Virus record (IMG/VR): IMGVR_UViG_3300038608_000011
Span: 13,678-77,677 of that record
Length of the DNA stretch: 64,000 bases
Direction: 5' to 3' (one strand)
DNA from: a virus
Lineage: Duplodnaviria; Caudoviricetes
Below are positions 29,364 to 39,405 of the stretch, piece after piece; within the stretch, counting starts at the first letter, position 1; each line of letters opens with the position of its first letter. The position numbers and the translations under genes are program-made. The notes beneath the pieces are model-generated. The model saw only the letters and a list, made by a program, of their open reading frames with translations. It ran no database searches and had not been told where the DNA came from.

Positions 29364-30988
29364 CTAGACCGATAAAAAGACTTCTAGGTCAACGAAGCGC
29401 ACACTTCCCTGTAGACGTGCTTTAATCACGAATACACCAGCGGCACGTTGAGCACGAAGAGTTTCTGGAATAGACAATACAGGAGGAGTTTGCACGGTCC
29501 ACCCTTGATCTACTAGGCCATTAGCTTGTGCTTGAGATAGCACACTACGAATTTCATTCTCTACAATCAAAAGACCAGCATCGGTCATGGGAATTTTGAG
29601 GGTGTTAATGATTCGGAAATAAATACCTTCTTGAAGGCGTGCTTTCAACCAATCCTTGCCAATTTGAACCGTTTATGTTCGCGTAAGGGCGTTAACCTTA
29701 CACCGCTCTCCTGAGCTGCTTACACTTTAATGTAAGACCAGACTATATCACCCTCTACAGCATTATCTGTTTAGAGGCTCCCCATTTCGGGTCACTTGAC
29801 CCTACGGCATTCCTGCCTAGTCGTTGAACATTCTCTTTCGAGCTTTGCTGCTGATTTACCAATATTTATTGTTTTTAACATTCACGCTCAAACCACACAT
29901 TATAGTAAGGTTTCACGTTGTAGTCAATAAATCTCTAAGGTAGTTCCAGCAATTAGAGGAGTTATTCGAAAGCCATTTCTGACTTAAGCGACCTTCATTT
30001 GATCGATAGGTTTTTTATCAAACATATTACCGTCTTGGAAAATATCAACGCCTGCTTTACGACGATAATAGTTCCAGCTCTTATTCTTAAGATTGGTAAC
30101 TTGAGTAGAAGTGAGCATAGAGCGAGTAACGCCATTAGCGCGCTTGAAATCCCAGTCGTTAGCACCAGGGGTTACTGCAAGTTGGCTGCCCATCCAAGCA
30201 GCTTCTGGGAACTCAGTGGCAGCGGTTGGGAGATAAACACCAAAAGTCCGTGCTGCTGATTTAGCATTTAGTTCATAGCCAATGTCAGTTGTACCTGTAG
30301 TTGGAGCTACAATATCGGCAGAACTAATACCATAAATCTTTTCACGGGCTTGGATAGCGTCAGAGAGGGCTTCTTGCTCTGCGTTTACTTGCGTTTCAGC
30401 AACCAGACCATACCAAGTATCGTTCTCTGCTTCTACAGCAGTCAGAGCATCGGGCCAAGTTTCAGTGGCAGCAGCATCAACTTTAACCAAATTACTTGAT
30501 ACTTTAATGCTCCAAGCTGTACCCGGAGTTGTGACAGCAACGGTAAGAGTACCGATGTTATCAGTGGCTGTGACACCTGTTGGGGAACCAATAGCGGCGT
30601 CAAGACCAGCAGTAATTTCAGCAGCAGTTGCAGTAGCATCTGAGGTAAAGTTATAAGCAATGCCGTTGATGGTTACAGTATAAGTTGAGCTGTTTGCAAC
30701 TGTTGGGGTGATGGTAACGCTATTTACTTGCCGACGACCAATAACAATGCTTGGAGGTTGTGCACCAAGTACACCAGACTGACCAAACAACTTACTTGCC
30801 AGTATGTATGCTTTATCAGTTGAAACAAAGTCTGAGCCTACACCAGCAATACTTGTGTAAGTACGGGTACGTTCAGAAAAGTTTGTAAATGTAGCGAGGA
30901 CCAAGGGGATTTGGAAGCTTGCTGTTGCAATAGCAGTAGTCTGGTCAAAAATGACTACGCGGACTACGTCATTTAATTCTGAGGACAT
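29364..30988 (-). CDS. tail sheath protein (DUF3383-like), join(30988..30002, 29669..29364), 430 aa after splicing
   Basis: Removing 30001..29670 restores frame and the KPID-VQIGKDWL junction. Confidence 0.9.
29670..30001 (-). ncRNA. group I intron, 332 nt, ORF-less, in tail sheath gene
   Basis: P AAUUGCUGGAA, Q AAUCAGCAG, R CAACGACUA, S GAUAUAGUCU; P1 CGAU/GUCG with G-U; P10 UUCA/UGAA; terminal G. Confidence 0.92.
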
Positions 30989-31023
30989 ATTTTATATGTT
31001 TCCTTATTGTAATGTAGCCACTG

Positions 31024-31581
31024 CTACGGATATGTAATTGTTTTTGGAATCTTTTGTGTTGAAGTCACACCGTTTATAACGTGATCTACTACAATACCAT
31101 CAACCCAATCAATAGTTTGCATCTCATTTGCAACATAGTTATATGTTACATCAATATTGAAATTTTCAATCCAAGTGGTATCCCGTTTCTGAGGGGCACG
31201 TCTTACAGTGCTTTTCCTCATAAAAGCGAGCTTACTTGTTTCTTGTTCTTGGAAAACAATAGGGCTATTACTGACTTTGTGGGAGAAGTCATGTGCCATA
31301 CTTCCAGCAGTAGAACCAGAAAAACTGTATTGAACCATCACTTCATAAAAAGCAGCCACTGAAAGTTGCTTAGCAGTGCTTGTGAGAGTTGAGGTTGAAT
31401 GATGCCCTTGTTGCTCTATACTCAATATATTGATTACAACATATGGAATAGAAGGCTCTGCACCTGATAGATGGCTGAAAATTATTCCAGCATCTTGATC
31501 TGCAACTGTTGGGAAATAAGAGATTAAAGATTGTATAATTGAATTACGAGAGGCTGTTCTAACATCTGTATAAATTGACAT
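31024..31581 (-). CDS. tail completion/terminator protein
   Basis: Position upstream of sheath; 185 aa. Confidence 0.7.
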   Translation of the reverse strand: MSIYTDVRTASRNSIIQSLISYFPTVADQDAGIIFSHLSGAEPSIPYVVINILSIEQQGHHSTSTLTSTAKQLSVAAFYEVMVQYSFSGSTAGSMAHDFSHKVSNSPIVFQEQETSKLAFMRKSTVRRAPQKRDTTWIENFNIDVTYNYVANEMQTIDWVDGIVVDHVINGVTSTQKIPKTITYP

Positions 31582-31590
31582 AAGCCTTCC

Positions 31591-31965
31591 TTAATTCGGA
31601 GTAAGTTCTTTACGAACACACTGACTTTTGCTATGTTCCAATATACCCATGGTTGCTGTATAATCTTCAACTTTCATCACTTTATAACGATGACCTTTGA
31701 AATCAAACTCATCGGAGTCATAACCGCCTACTCCCTCCTTTTGAGCCCTCAACAGAACATCTGTGTAAACAGTGAACCATTGTTTACTTCTCTCTGCTTC
31801 TGGGAGCATTAGAATTTCATGGTATCGCATTGGTTGTATGTTGGCTTGAATTACAAGATTAGTTGTTGTCCCTTCCACCCAATCCCCGGCAATGTAAGAA
31901 CCAGCAGCACGTCTGATAATTGTTATAGGGATTTTCTTAGTGAGAAGGAAGTTAGGTTTTAGCAT
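31591..31965 (-). CDS. head closure/stopper protein
   Basis: GSYIAGDWVEG, FKGHRYKV; head-tail joining position. Confidence 0.75.
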   Translation of the reverse strand: MLKPNFLLTKKIPITIIRRAAGSYIAGDWVEGTTTNLVIQANIQPMRYHEILMLPEAERSKQWFTVYTDVLLRAQKEGVGGYDSDEFDFKGHRYKVMKVEDYTATMGILEHSKSQCVRKELTPN

Positions 31966-32447
31966 TATCCTTTCTCCACTTTAAAATCTACACTATCCCT
32001 CATCAACCCTGTGTCGATAAGTGGGTCATTAAAAGTTTTAATGTCCACAGTTGCAGGACTGTTTGGTGGTGTTGTCCACTCATCAATTACTTGCTTCAAA
32101 TCAGAAACAGCTGTGGGACCGATTCTTTTGTATTCAGAGGTGAAAGTAGACTCACCTTCAAGAATTCTTTTTATGCTGGTTTTAAATATTTTTTCATATT
32201 TACTACTTTTGATGGCTGATTTAAAACCAACCCGCATAAACGGTCTGGGTGGTGTATAGGCATCCGGGAAAACTGCCCCAGGGCCATTCTTATGACCATC
32301 CTCGTTCAATGCAGCCACAAGAGCAACTTGTGTGCCATCGGGATAAACAGCATCTTCAAAAAACCCAATCTTAAGCTCAAGACTAGAACCTTTCCCTAAA
32401 CTCTTCTTTATATTTTCCCAAACTTTCTTATCCACTTGTACTGACAT
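31965..32447 (-). CDS. neck/tail completion protein
   Basis: PPRPFMR, PPNSPATV, DPLIDTGLMRDSV. Confidence 0.8.
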   Translation of the reverse strand: MSVQVDKKVWENIKKSLGKGSSLELKIGFFEDAVYPDGTQVALVAALNEDGHKNGPGAVFPDAYTPPRPFMRVGFKSAIKSSKYEKIFKTSIKRILEGESTFTSEYKRIGPTAVSDLKQVIDEWTTPPNSPATVDIKTFNDPLIDTGLMRDSVDFKVEKG

Positions 32448-32449
32448 GA

Positions 32450-32914
32450 TCAGCAACCACAATTATTAATGTTGAATGGATCGTCTGTTACTGCTGAATT
32501 GCAGTTACATTGACTGTCACATCCACACACTTTAATCTTAGTAAGAGGACTTCTTACATTATCTGAATTGGCATTATTTGCACACATATCTGCCCAAGAA
32601 ATACCTGAAGCATATGGCATCAAACCATTTGGGAGAGTTGATGCGGATGCATCATTTATAAAATTCTCAAGAGCTTTTAAATAAGCTGTTGATAGATTTG
32701 ACCATATTTCAATGTCTCCTGTACGTTCCCTTGAGGAATAACCGGCAAGTTGCATTGAAGCTGCGATTGCAGCCATTCGGGCTGCTTGTAAAACATTTTG
32801 TCCATTTAGGTCTAGGAATTGCTGAATTTCAGCCGAACTAAACAGTTGATAGAATGGACTAGTAGGCACGTCACCAATAAGTAGACGAACCGTTTCAATA
32901 GGGGTTAAAGCCAT
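32450..32914 (-). CDS. head-tail adaptor
   Basis: IETVRLLIGD...FSSAEIQQFL; first gene after capsid. Confidence 0.8.
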   Translation of the reverse strand: MALTPIETVRLLIGDVPTSPFYQLFSSAEIQQFLDLNGQNVLQAARMAAIAASMQLAGYSSRERTGDIEIWSNLSTAYLKALENFINDASASTLPNGLMPYASGISWADMCANNANSDNVRSPLTKIKVCGCDSQCNCNSAVTDDPFNINNCGC

Positions 32915-32927
32915 AGGGATACTCCTT

Positions 32928-32962
32928 AAAATAAAGGAAGGGGAGAAAATCCTCCCCTCTCC
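32928..32962 (-). terminator. terminator after major capsid gene
   Basis: GAGGGGAG-gatttt-CTCCCCTT then ctttatttt. Confidence 0.7.
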
Positions 32963-32986
32963 CTATATTACTTCTTAGTATTATTA

Positions 32987-34015
32987 TCAGTTGCTTGAGA
33001 AAGCGCGAGCAACAATTGCAGGGCGACGCATTACGTTCAGGAAGTTAGACTCGGACTGAAGAAGAATCTCAGTATCAGTTTGGTTTTTAAACTCAAACAC
33101 ATAAGCTTCTTGACCTACGGTGTTAGTGAATTCAAAACGGTCAGCTGGGCCGAAGTAGGTTTTGAATACATCAGCAGTACCCATAGGGACGAAGTAGCAA
33201 TCGCCGCTAGGAACGAAAGCAGTACCATCTGGAGCAAAGCCACGGTATTCAATGTAACGGATGTTACCGAGTACAAACTCACGATCCACACCATTACCAC
33301 CAACACGATTACGCAGAGGCTCTTGGGTGCTAGAATAGAACTTATAAGCATCCTTAATAGTAGGGTGAGTACTCAGCTTGTTCATGAAGGTTGGGGAAGC
33401 CAGACCTACAATCTCAGTGATAACGTCACCAGTGAAGGCGTTATCCTGAATATGAGCAGTGATTTCTTCTTGCTTCAGCAGAATCTCAGTAGTAGAAGTA
33501 CCAAGCAGGAAGTCTACTTCTTTACGGGTAACACCGAAGTCGGTATAGAAGTTACCAGCAATGGTGCCATTAGGTGCATACAGATCACCAGTGGTCAGCA
33601 GCTTCATACGAGCAGTTTCTAGGGTTTGTGCATGCATACGGCGAATACGCTCTAGCTTGCGAGCACGAACCAGATCAAGTTGCTCAGGGATACCTTGGCC
33701 AGAACCACCATAGGCAGCCTTGCCTTGAATATCACCGGGCTTGATTGCATCATCAAGTGGGAAGTGAGGAACAGGATAAGAACGAATCTTACGGGTGTAA
33801 TCCTTACTTACGTTGTTGCGCTCACCACGAATACGGTCGCCAATCAAACCAATATTTTGGTTGATTTCTTCAAAGGTGATTGTGTTAGTAGCAACACCCT
33901 CAACATCGAAAAGACCCATACGTTGAATCTTGCCATACATGTTAGGTACAACAAGCAGCTCTTGGGTCCAATCCTCAATCTTGAAAGGACTATCAAATGA
34001 ACGAATAATAGGCAC
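32987..34015 (-). CDS. major capsid protein (lambda E-like family)
   Basis: 342 aa, VPHFPLDDAIKPGDIQ, LLQSESNFLNVMRRP; biased codon use. Confidence 0.93.
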   Translation of the reverse strand: MPIIRSFDSPFKIEDWTQELLVVPNMYGKIQRMGLFDVEGVATNTITFEEINQNIGLIGDRIRGERNNVSKDYTRKIRSYPVPHFPLDDAIKPGDIQGKAAYGGSGQGIPEQLDLVRARKLERIRRMHAQTLETARMKLLTTGDLYAPNGTIAGNFYTDFGVTRKEVDFLLGTSTTEILLKQEEITAHIQDNAFTGDVITEIVGLASPTFMNKLSTHPTIKDAYKFYSSTQEPLRNRVGGNGVDREFVLGNIRYIEYRGFAPDGTAFVPSGDCYFVPMGTADVFKTYFGPADRFEFTNTVGQEAYVFEFKNQTDTEILLQSESNFLNVMRRPAIVARAFSSN

Positions 34016-34033
34016 GAATAATTATCCTTTATC

Positions 34034-34432
34034 TTAGTTAGTGGTCAATACGTTAATGTTCAGGGCCTCAAGGGAAGCGTATACAACAGCTTTCTCGGCA
34101 TCGAGGTCATAAGTAGCATCGAGTACAAGGGCACCCTTAGAAACTTCAGCAGGGCCTTTAACTAGAACAAGAACTTTGGTGTCAGTAGTAGCGGCGATGC
34201 TGTAGTCATCTAGGACAATAGCAGCAGCTGTCTGAGAACCATCAACAGCAGTTTGAACTGCAATTTTATATTTACCATCAGCGGTTACTTTACCGAGGAC
34301 AGTACCTACTTGATAGGTTTTAGCAGAAGCTTCGTTTACAGTTACAGCGAGGCGGCAAAAGCCAGTTTCTGGCCAGTGCTCGTGTTTAACTAGGTGAGAT
34401 ACGCGGGGGGTGTCAACTTTTACAGTCGCCAT
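34034..34432 (-). CDS. head decoration protein (lambda D-like)
   Basis: GTVLGKVTADGKY, DGSQTAAAIVL. Confidence 0.88.
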   Translation of the reverse strand: MATVKVDTPRVSHLVKHEHWPETGFCRLAVTVNEASAKTYQVGTVLGKVTADGKYKIAVQTAVDGSQTAAAIVLDDYSIAATTDTKVLVLVKGPAEVSKGALVLDATYDLDAEKAVVYASLEALNINVLTTN

Positions 34433-34449
34433 TTATAGATTCTCCAATC

Positions 34450-35439
34450 TTATTGTTTTTGGTATTTAGCTTTAAGGATTGCAGCAGTAGCGCTTTCCTC
34501 TTGTACATCATCTACTTCGGTATTTTTGCTCTTTTGAACAAAAAGATCGGAAGATTCTACTTTCTCTTCTTTTTCTTTCAGAGATTTCAGAACAACGTCA
34601 AAAGCTTCTTGTGGCGTAGTTTCGAGAGCTTTGAAAAGCTCTTCAGCTTTAGCAACATCTTTCTCTACAACAGCAATAGCTTCTTTGCGGGATTTGGAAA
34701 CAGCTTCTGCTTTAGCTTTATCAGCTTCTGCAATTTGCTCTTTAGCTTTCTTTAGTTCTTCTTGTACAGGAGCAAGAGCATCCTCTACGGCTTTAGTGAT
34801 TGCTGCTTCAAGTGCAGCCTTAGAAATAAACTCAGACATTAAGTCCTCTTCTTTTTTAATATCCACGGAGGGAGAAGGCGTGACACTTTTTAGGGTCACT
34901 GTTACGCCCTCGGCAGGTTTGCCAGAGGACTTCTTGAGAGCAACTGCTTTCGCAGTTGCGTTCTCAAAATTCTTTTCAAATATTTGTTGTACTTCTAGAA
35001 TTTTCAAATAGTCTTGAGGAGATAATTCGCCAACAGATTTCTTGATTTCATCTTGATCTTTGTCTAGAACAACAGACTTCATTACCTTGAATGCTGAAGC
35101 TCGTTCTTTAATGTTTTCTTCGTATTCATCCATATAATCCATATGTGAAGAACTATCAAAAGCATCTGTTTCATAGCCAAAGATCATTGCAAGAACAATT
35201 GCATCTTCATACCAAAGATTGAAGAAACGAGTAAGGAAATCAACTATATTCAGTGTTACTTGAACTTCAGAAGCTTTACTTACTTCTTCTTCAGTTACAT
35301 CTTTAAGACTCTTGGTTAGCAATGTAGTATGACCATTAGCTGCACCTCCTACGCTGGGGCCGACCAGTGCTACAGCGGCACCTTCATAATCAAAATTGAA
35401 ATCTGAAAGTTTACGTTTTGCTTTAATTTTTTCAGTCAT
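34450..35439 (-). CDS. capsid scaffolding protein
   Basis: AVALVG...GGAANG N-terminus; Ala/Glu/Lys coiled-coil C-terminus; position. Confidence 0.7.
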   Translation of the reverse strand: MTEKIKAKRKLSDFNFDYEGAAVALVGPSVGGAANGHTTLLTKSLKDVTEEEVSKASEVQVTLNIVDFLTRFFNLWYEDAIVLAMIFGYETDAFDSSSHMDYMDEYEENIKERASAFKVMKSVVLDKDQDEIKKSVGELSPQDYLKILEVQQIFEKNFENATAKAVALKKSSGKPAEGVTVTLKSVTPSPSVDIKKEEDLMSEFISKAALEAAITKAVEDALAPVQEELKKAKEQIAEADKAKAEAVSKSRKEAIAVVEKDVAKAEELFKALETTPQEAFDVVLKSLKEKEEKVESSDLFVQKSKNTEVDDVQEESATAAILKAKYQKQ

Positions 35440-35902
35440 TTAATTTCTCCGGGCTGGCACGACATTGCACGCTAACTCCATTTATTTCATTAGATTTAAC
35501 AGCTTGCCAAAGAACTTCCCCGACTTCAGTTTCAGGGAAATACCAACTTTGAAGCCATGTCCCCTTTTTGATAATCTTATCATCAAGCATGAAATCAACA
35601 GGAGCTGTGTAGTTTTCAACTATCTGAGCTTCTTCGGTTTCTACTTTATGAAATAGATTAGCTTTCATACAGTGTTGTCCGAAGTTATGGCAGGCCTTCT
35701 CTACTTCTTCAGCAGTATAAGTGTCGCCATGTAGATCGGTAGTTTCATCACCTTCTTGCGGCTCTAATACTACAAACAAGGCTAGGCGCTGTTCCTCATT
35801 GACCGATTTGGTAATTTGTTCAATTGGCAAAGCTTCTTGTTCGCTAGCACCAAAATATTTCTCTATCAATTCGCCAAGAGAATCATCGAAGCTTTTCTTC
35901 AT
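35432..35902 (-). CDS. prohead serine protease (XkdF-like)
   Basis: DLHGD, NLFH, GTWL, INGVSV motifs. Confidence 0.85.
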   Translation of the reverse strand: MKKSFDDSLGELIEKYFGASEQEALPIEQITKSVNEEQRLALFVVLEPQEGDETTDLHGDTYTAEEVEKACHNFGQHCMKANLFHKVETEEAQIVENYTAPVDFMLDDKIIKKGTWLQSWYFPETEVGEVLWQAVKSNEINGVSVQCRASPEKLND

Positions 35903-35947
35903 ATCTTTTTCCTTCTTCGTTGCTGCTAATCCAATAAACTATAGCCA

Positions 35948-37420
35948 TCAGGAATTCTCCGTGTTACCCACCGAAGCATCGTCACTACCAACAGGGCTCG
36001 TGCTCGTACCTTCTCCAGCAGTAGTTAGTCCGTCAGCAGCGCGAGAATCATTACCTGTCAATAAACTTTCAAATTTCTCTTGATCTTCATCTGGTTCAAA
36101 CTGAGCTGTCATGCCCATTTGTTCAGTAAGATAATTAACAACTTCAGGAGTCTTGGGAAGTAGACCAACACTAGCTACACGTTGTGCATACTTGGAGAGT
36201 ACGTCCAGATCAACTTGTTTAATTTCCCCAAAATCAAAATATGGTGTGACTGTTGTATCCCACCCATTTAATTGGAAAATTTGATTTACAAAATCGTGAT
36301 TCAGCACATCTCGAATTTCAATCAACTTACTCTCAATCGCCATGTCTGAAATACCTTGAAGGCTTTCAGCAAGGGAGAAGCTACCACCACCACCTTGACC
36401 AAGAATCAACTGAGAAGCCATAAGGCTAGAAATTATTTCATTCTTGTATCTCTGGATGATAGAATCTACATCGTGAGCCTTTTGGCCTGAGATACTAATT
36501 ACATCAAACTTGAAATATTGCTCACCTTGATCATCCAATACTTGAGGAAGAATAAGACCAGATTGCTCATTCATGTGAAGATTGCGCATAATCTCTTTAT
36601 AGTAAGCGTAAACCTGGGCATCTTCAGGACTAGCATCAGCAGCCATGTACCGAGGAGGAATATAAAGAACTTTAAGCCCCCTTAAATCTGAACTGACACC
36701 CATTGCTTCAAATTCTTCAAGGGATGTTTTATATTTCCAAGCAGCCCAGCAACTCTTAAGAGGAGATTCACCTTCAGGGTTATCTTTTAAAAGATTATTT
36801 CTAAAAAGAATAAACTTCTTACGAGGAATGAATTCATCTTTTGAGGAACTATTTACAATGAGTTGGTCTTTACCAGAAGGCTCTACAATGTATTGCAATA
36901 GTCCTTTTAGTTTCCGTCCTTTCTCTTCCCATTGCCAACTAGAGATAGTATCTTGAGCAATGATAGGGAGGGCAGCTAGACCAACAAGACCATCATCATA
37001 TTTACTGCCATTGCGTTTAAACCGTTTGCGATAAACTTTCTCATGAGCAGCAAAGCCATAACGATTAAATGTAACAGCTTGGCGAATGAAGGAGCCCCAG
37101 GTGTGGTCCATATCATTCATGCACTGACGAAGAAATTCAGCCTTATCTTTCAGAGCATCCTCATGACCTTCTGGAATTTTAACTGTCCAGGGAACACGAG
37201 CCATAGACATTTCTACTAAGGAAAGAGCAGGTGCAATAGTTGCATCCTTTGCCATTTTCTTATAAGTACTGATGGCTTGTGGCCACCTCAATTCATGCTG
37301 ACACTCTTCAAAGATACTTCCACCAAGAGTCCAAAGACCATTGTAACTAGATTGGCCAAGTTTTAATCGAGGAATACTAGCTTCAGTCCCTTGTTGAAGA
37401 GGGGCTTGTTCGTCTGGCAT
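35948..37420 (-). CDS. portal protein
   Basis: 490 aa directly after terL; NPEGESPLK, RDVLNHD. Confidence 0.9.
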   Translation of the reverse strand: MPDEQAPLQQGTEASIPRLKLGQSSYNGLWTLGGSIFEECQHELRWPQAISTYKKMAKDATIAPALSLVEMSMARVPWTVKIPEGHEDALKDKAEFLRQCMNDMDHTWGSFIRQAVTFNRYGFAAHEKVYRKRFKRNGSKYDDGLVGLAALPIIAQDTISSWQWEEKGRKLKGLLQYIVEPSGKDQLIVNSSSKDEFIPRKKFILFRNNLLKDNPEGESPLKSCWAAWKYKTSLEEFEAMGVSSDLRGLKVLYIPPRYMAADASPEDAQVYAYYKEIMRNLHMNEQSGLILPQVLDDQGEQYFKFDVISISGQKAHDVDSIIQRYKNEIISSLMASQLILGQGGGGSFSLAESLQGISDMAIESKLIEIRDVLNHDFVNQIFQLNGWDTTVTPYFDFGEIKQVDLDVLSKYAQRVASVGLLPKTPEVVNYLTEQMGMTAQFEPDEDQEKFESLLTGNDSRAADGLTTAGEGTSTSPVGSDDASVGNTENS

Positions 37421-37467
37421 TCAAGCCTCCTTGTTTGTAATGTAATGGAGAATAAGGAATCCTCCTG

Positions 37468-39405
37468 TTAATTTCTAAAGGGATTAGGTGTTGAAAGGTC
37501 TACGGATTTGAGGCCGTGGAGGAAGTTGGGGATGTTTATTTTTTGGGCTAAAGTGATAAATGAATCACTCGTGGCGTCCACTTGCATAAAAATCTTCAAC
37601 AGTGTTCGTTAATCACTGCCCGTTCACTTAGGAACTGCTGCATGTCACCATGCAGATGAGACTATATCTTCACTCTTTTCAGAGGCTCACCGCTTCGCCT
37701 CACTTGAGGCTACTCTACTCGCTTCCGTCTTTGACGTGCTTTCGATAGTCGTTACGCTTTCATGCTAATTTAATAGCAGGCTTAGCTCGGTATTGTCTAC
37801 TAGAGAGGTTCACCGAGTTCAATGAGTTTATAGACAACCAAGTTTAAAAATCGTCTTTGTTTTTGCGGCTTCCATCAAAAGACTCCAACTCCGAGAAGTA
37901 TTCGTCGTTCCAAGGGCCAGTTACATATCTAACAAGACCAGCTTCTGTTGCTGCTGCGAAAGGCTGAAATCTTATGACCTTAGATTTATTCGAAGGGCGC
38001 ATTCTCGCGTAAAATCCTTCAGAAATAAGCTCTTTAATCATCATTTGACCAGCAGCTTTACCAGCTTGCCCCGGCTCTTGCGGAAGTATAATTTGAGTGC
38101 CATCAGGGTCAGAAGCAGCTGTTTCAATAATCTTCTGTAGAACTTCACCGAACCTTGCCCTAAACCTAACTACATCCTCAATGATGTAAATACCGCCTTT
38201 GGTCTTAGAGATAAGAACTCCAGCAGTCCAGTCAGGATTTGGTAGACTTTCAGATGGTAAAGAACCAGCTATATCCCATGCGCGGCAATAAGAAACAACT
38301 TCTTGTTCAAAAGGATTTATAGGTTCCCCTAGCCAGTCAGCTTTCCAATAACCGCTGGTATCCTCTCTTATATCCCAATTACCCCAAAGATCGCGTTCTT
38401 GTTTTACGCGCTTAAGGCCTTGCAAGTTTGCAAGATAACCGGGGTTGGATTTAATTAGTGGTGGATTGTCGTAGATTGTTGCTGAAATAAATTGCAAGGA
38501 AAGGGGGAGTACATGACTACCATAAGTATCAAGAAGTTCTTGTCTACTATCAGCCCAAATCATTTCATTATTTTGACGAATAAACCAACGAATTTTACCA
38601 TCCCTTTCAGGATTAGATCGGCCGGCATTTTCCTCCCCTTTGGGAATTATCCACCAGTCAATCCACTTACGAATGAAACTATCCGGGGATGGGTTGCAAG
38701 TTAGAAAGAGGTTGGGTTTCATCTTTGCTTTAGAACGCAGACGTGACAGAATAACCAAAACATGGTCTTCTATGAGCTGGGTAGCTTCGTCTATCATACA
38801 AGCCGATACCTGTCTTCCCCTCCACTTCTCGGCGTCTTCATTTGTTTCACAGTGTCCCATGGCTACAATAGCGCCAGATGAGAATGTGAAAGTCATTGCT
38901 TTTTTATTTGGTTTTACTTTTGGATCAAATGCTCTATATAGTCCGTATGCCTCATCAAAAAGACCACCAGCAACCATAATGCTAGTTTGTTGCTTACGAA
39001 CAACATACCCCCTGTAATGAGGGTCATTAATCCATCGTAGATGTCGGAGCAGGCCGCAGTAAGATTTACCGCCACCCATTGCCTTTAAGTTATGAAGTTC
39101 GCTAAACTTCTCCACCCTTTCGGTGTGGTGTCGGACCAGCTCTTAATTCCTAAGAATTCTCTCTGTTTCAGAATCGCTTGATTCTTACTCTACTCACTTC
39201 CATCTTATGATGTGTTTTCGATGGCCTCTACGCACTGTCTTTAAACATTGGCACGGGATTGGCATAGACGTTGCCCTTAGCTTTCCCCGTTTAAAAGAGT
39301 TTTGAATGGAGGCGCAAGTTCACCACCATATACAATTATATCTGCATCACTAGATAAGAACCATTCTTGTTTGAGGGATGCGGGTGAAAACGAATACTCG
39401 CTCAT
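37468..39405 (-). CDS. terL: terminase large subunit, join(39405..39322, 39082..37850, 37584..37468), 477 aa after splicing
   Basis: Splicing restores Walker A YGG-AMGGGKS and nuclease KDD-QVDA; IDEATQ Walker B, WDIAG. Confidence 0.93.
37585..37849 (-). ncRNA. group I intron terL-I2, 265 nt, ORF-less
   Basis: P AACUCGGUGAA, Q AAUACCGAG, R UAACGACUA, S GAUAUAGUCU; P1 GACGAU/GUUGUC; P10 CAAGU/ACUUG; terminal G. Confidence 0.93.
39083..39321 (-). ncRNA. group I intron terL-I1, 239 nt, ORF-less, variant P7
   Basis: P AAACGGGGAA, Q AAUCCCGUG, P7 GGCCA/UGGUC; P1 GGUGGU/GCCUCC; P10 GCAA/UUGC; terminal G. Confidence 0.88.

Noticed and set aside
29364-30001. Separate 94-aa gene and QMKVA sheath C-terminus
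   Set aside because: Both are artefacts of the unspliced intron; exon 2 starts at 29669.
39083-39115. Track start MEKFSELHNLK as the terL N-terminus
   Set aside because: It lies inside intron I1; the true first exon (39405..39322) supplies the rest of Walker A.
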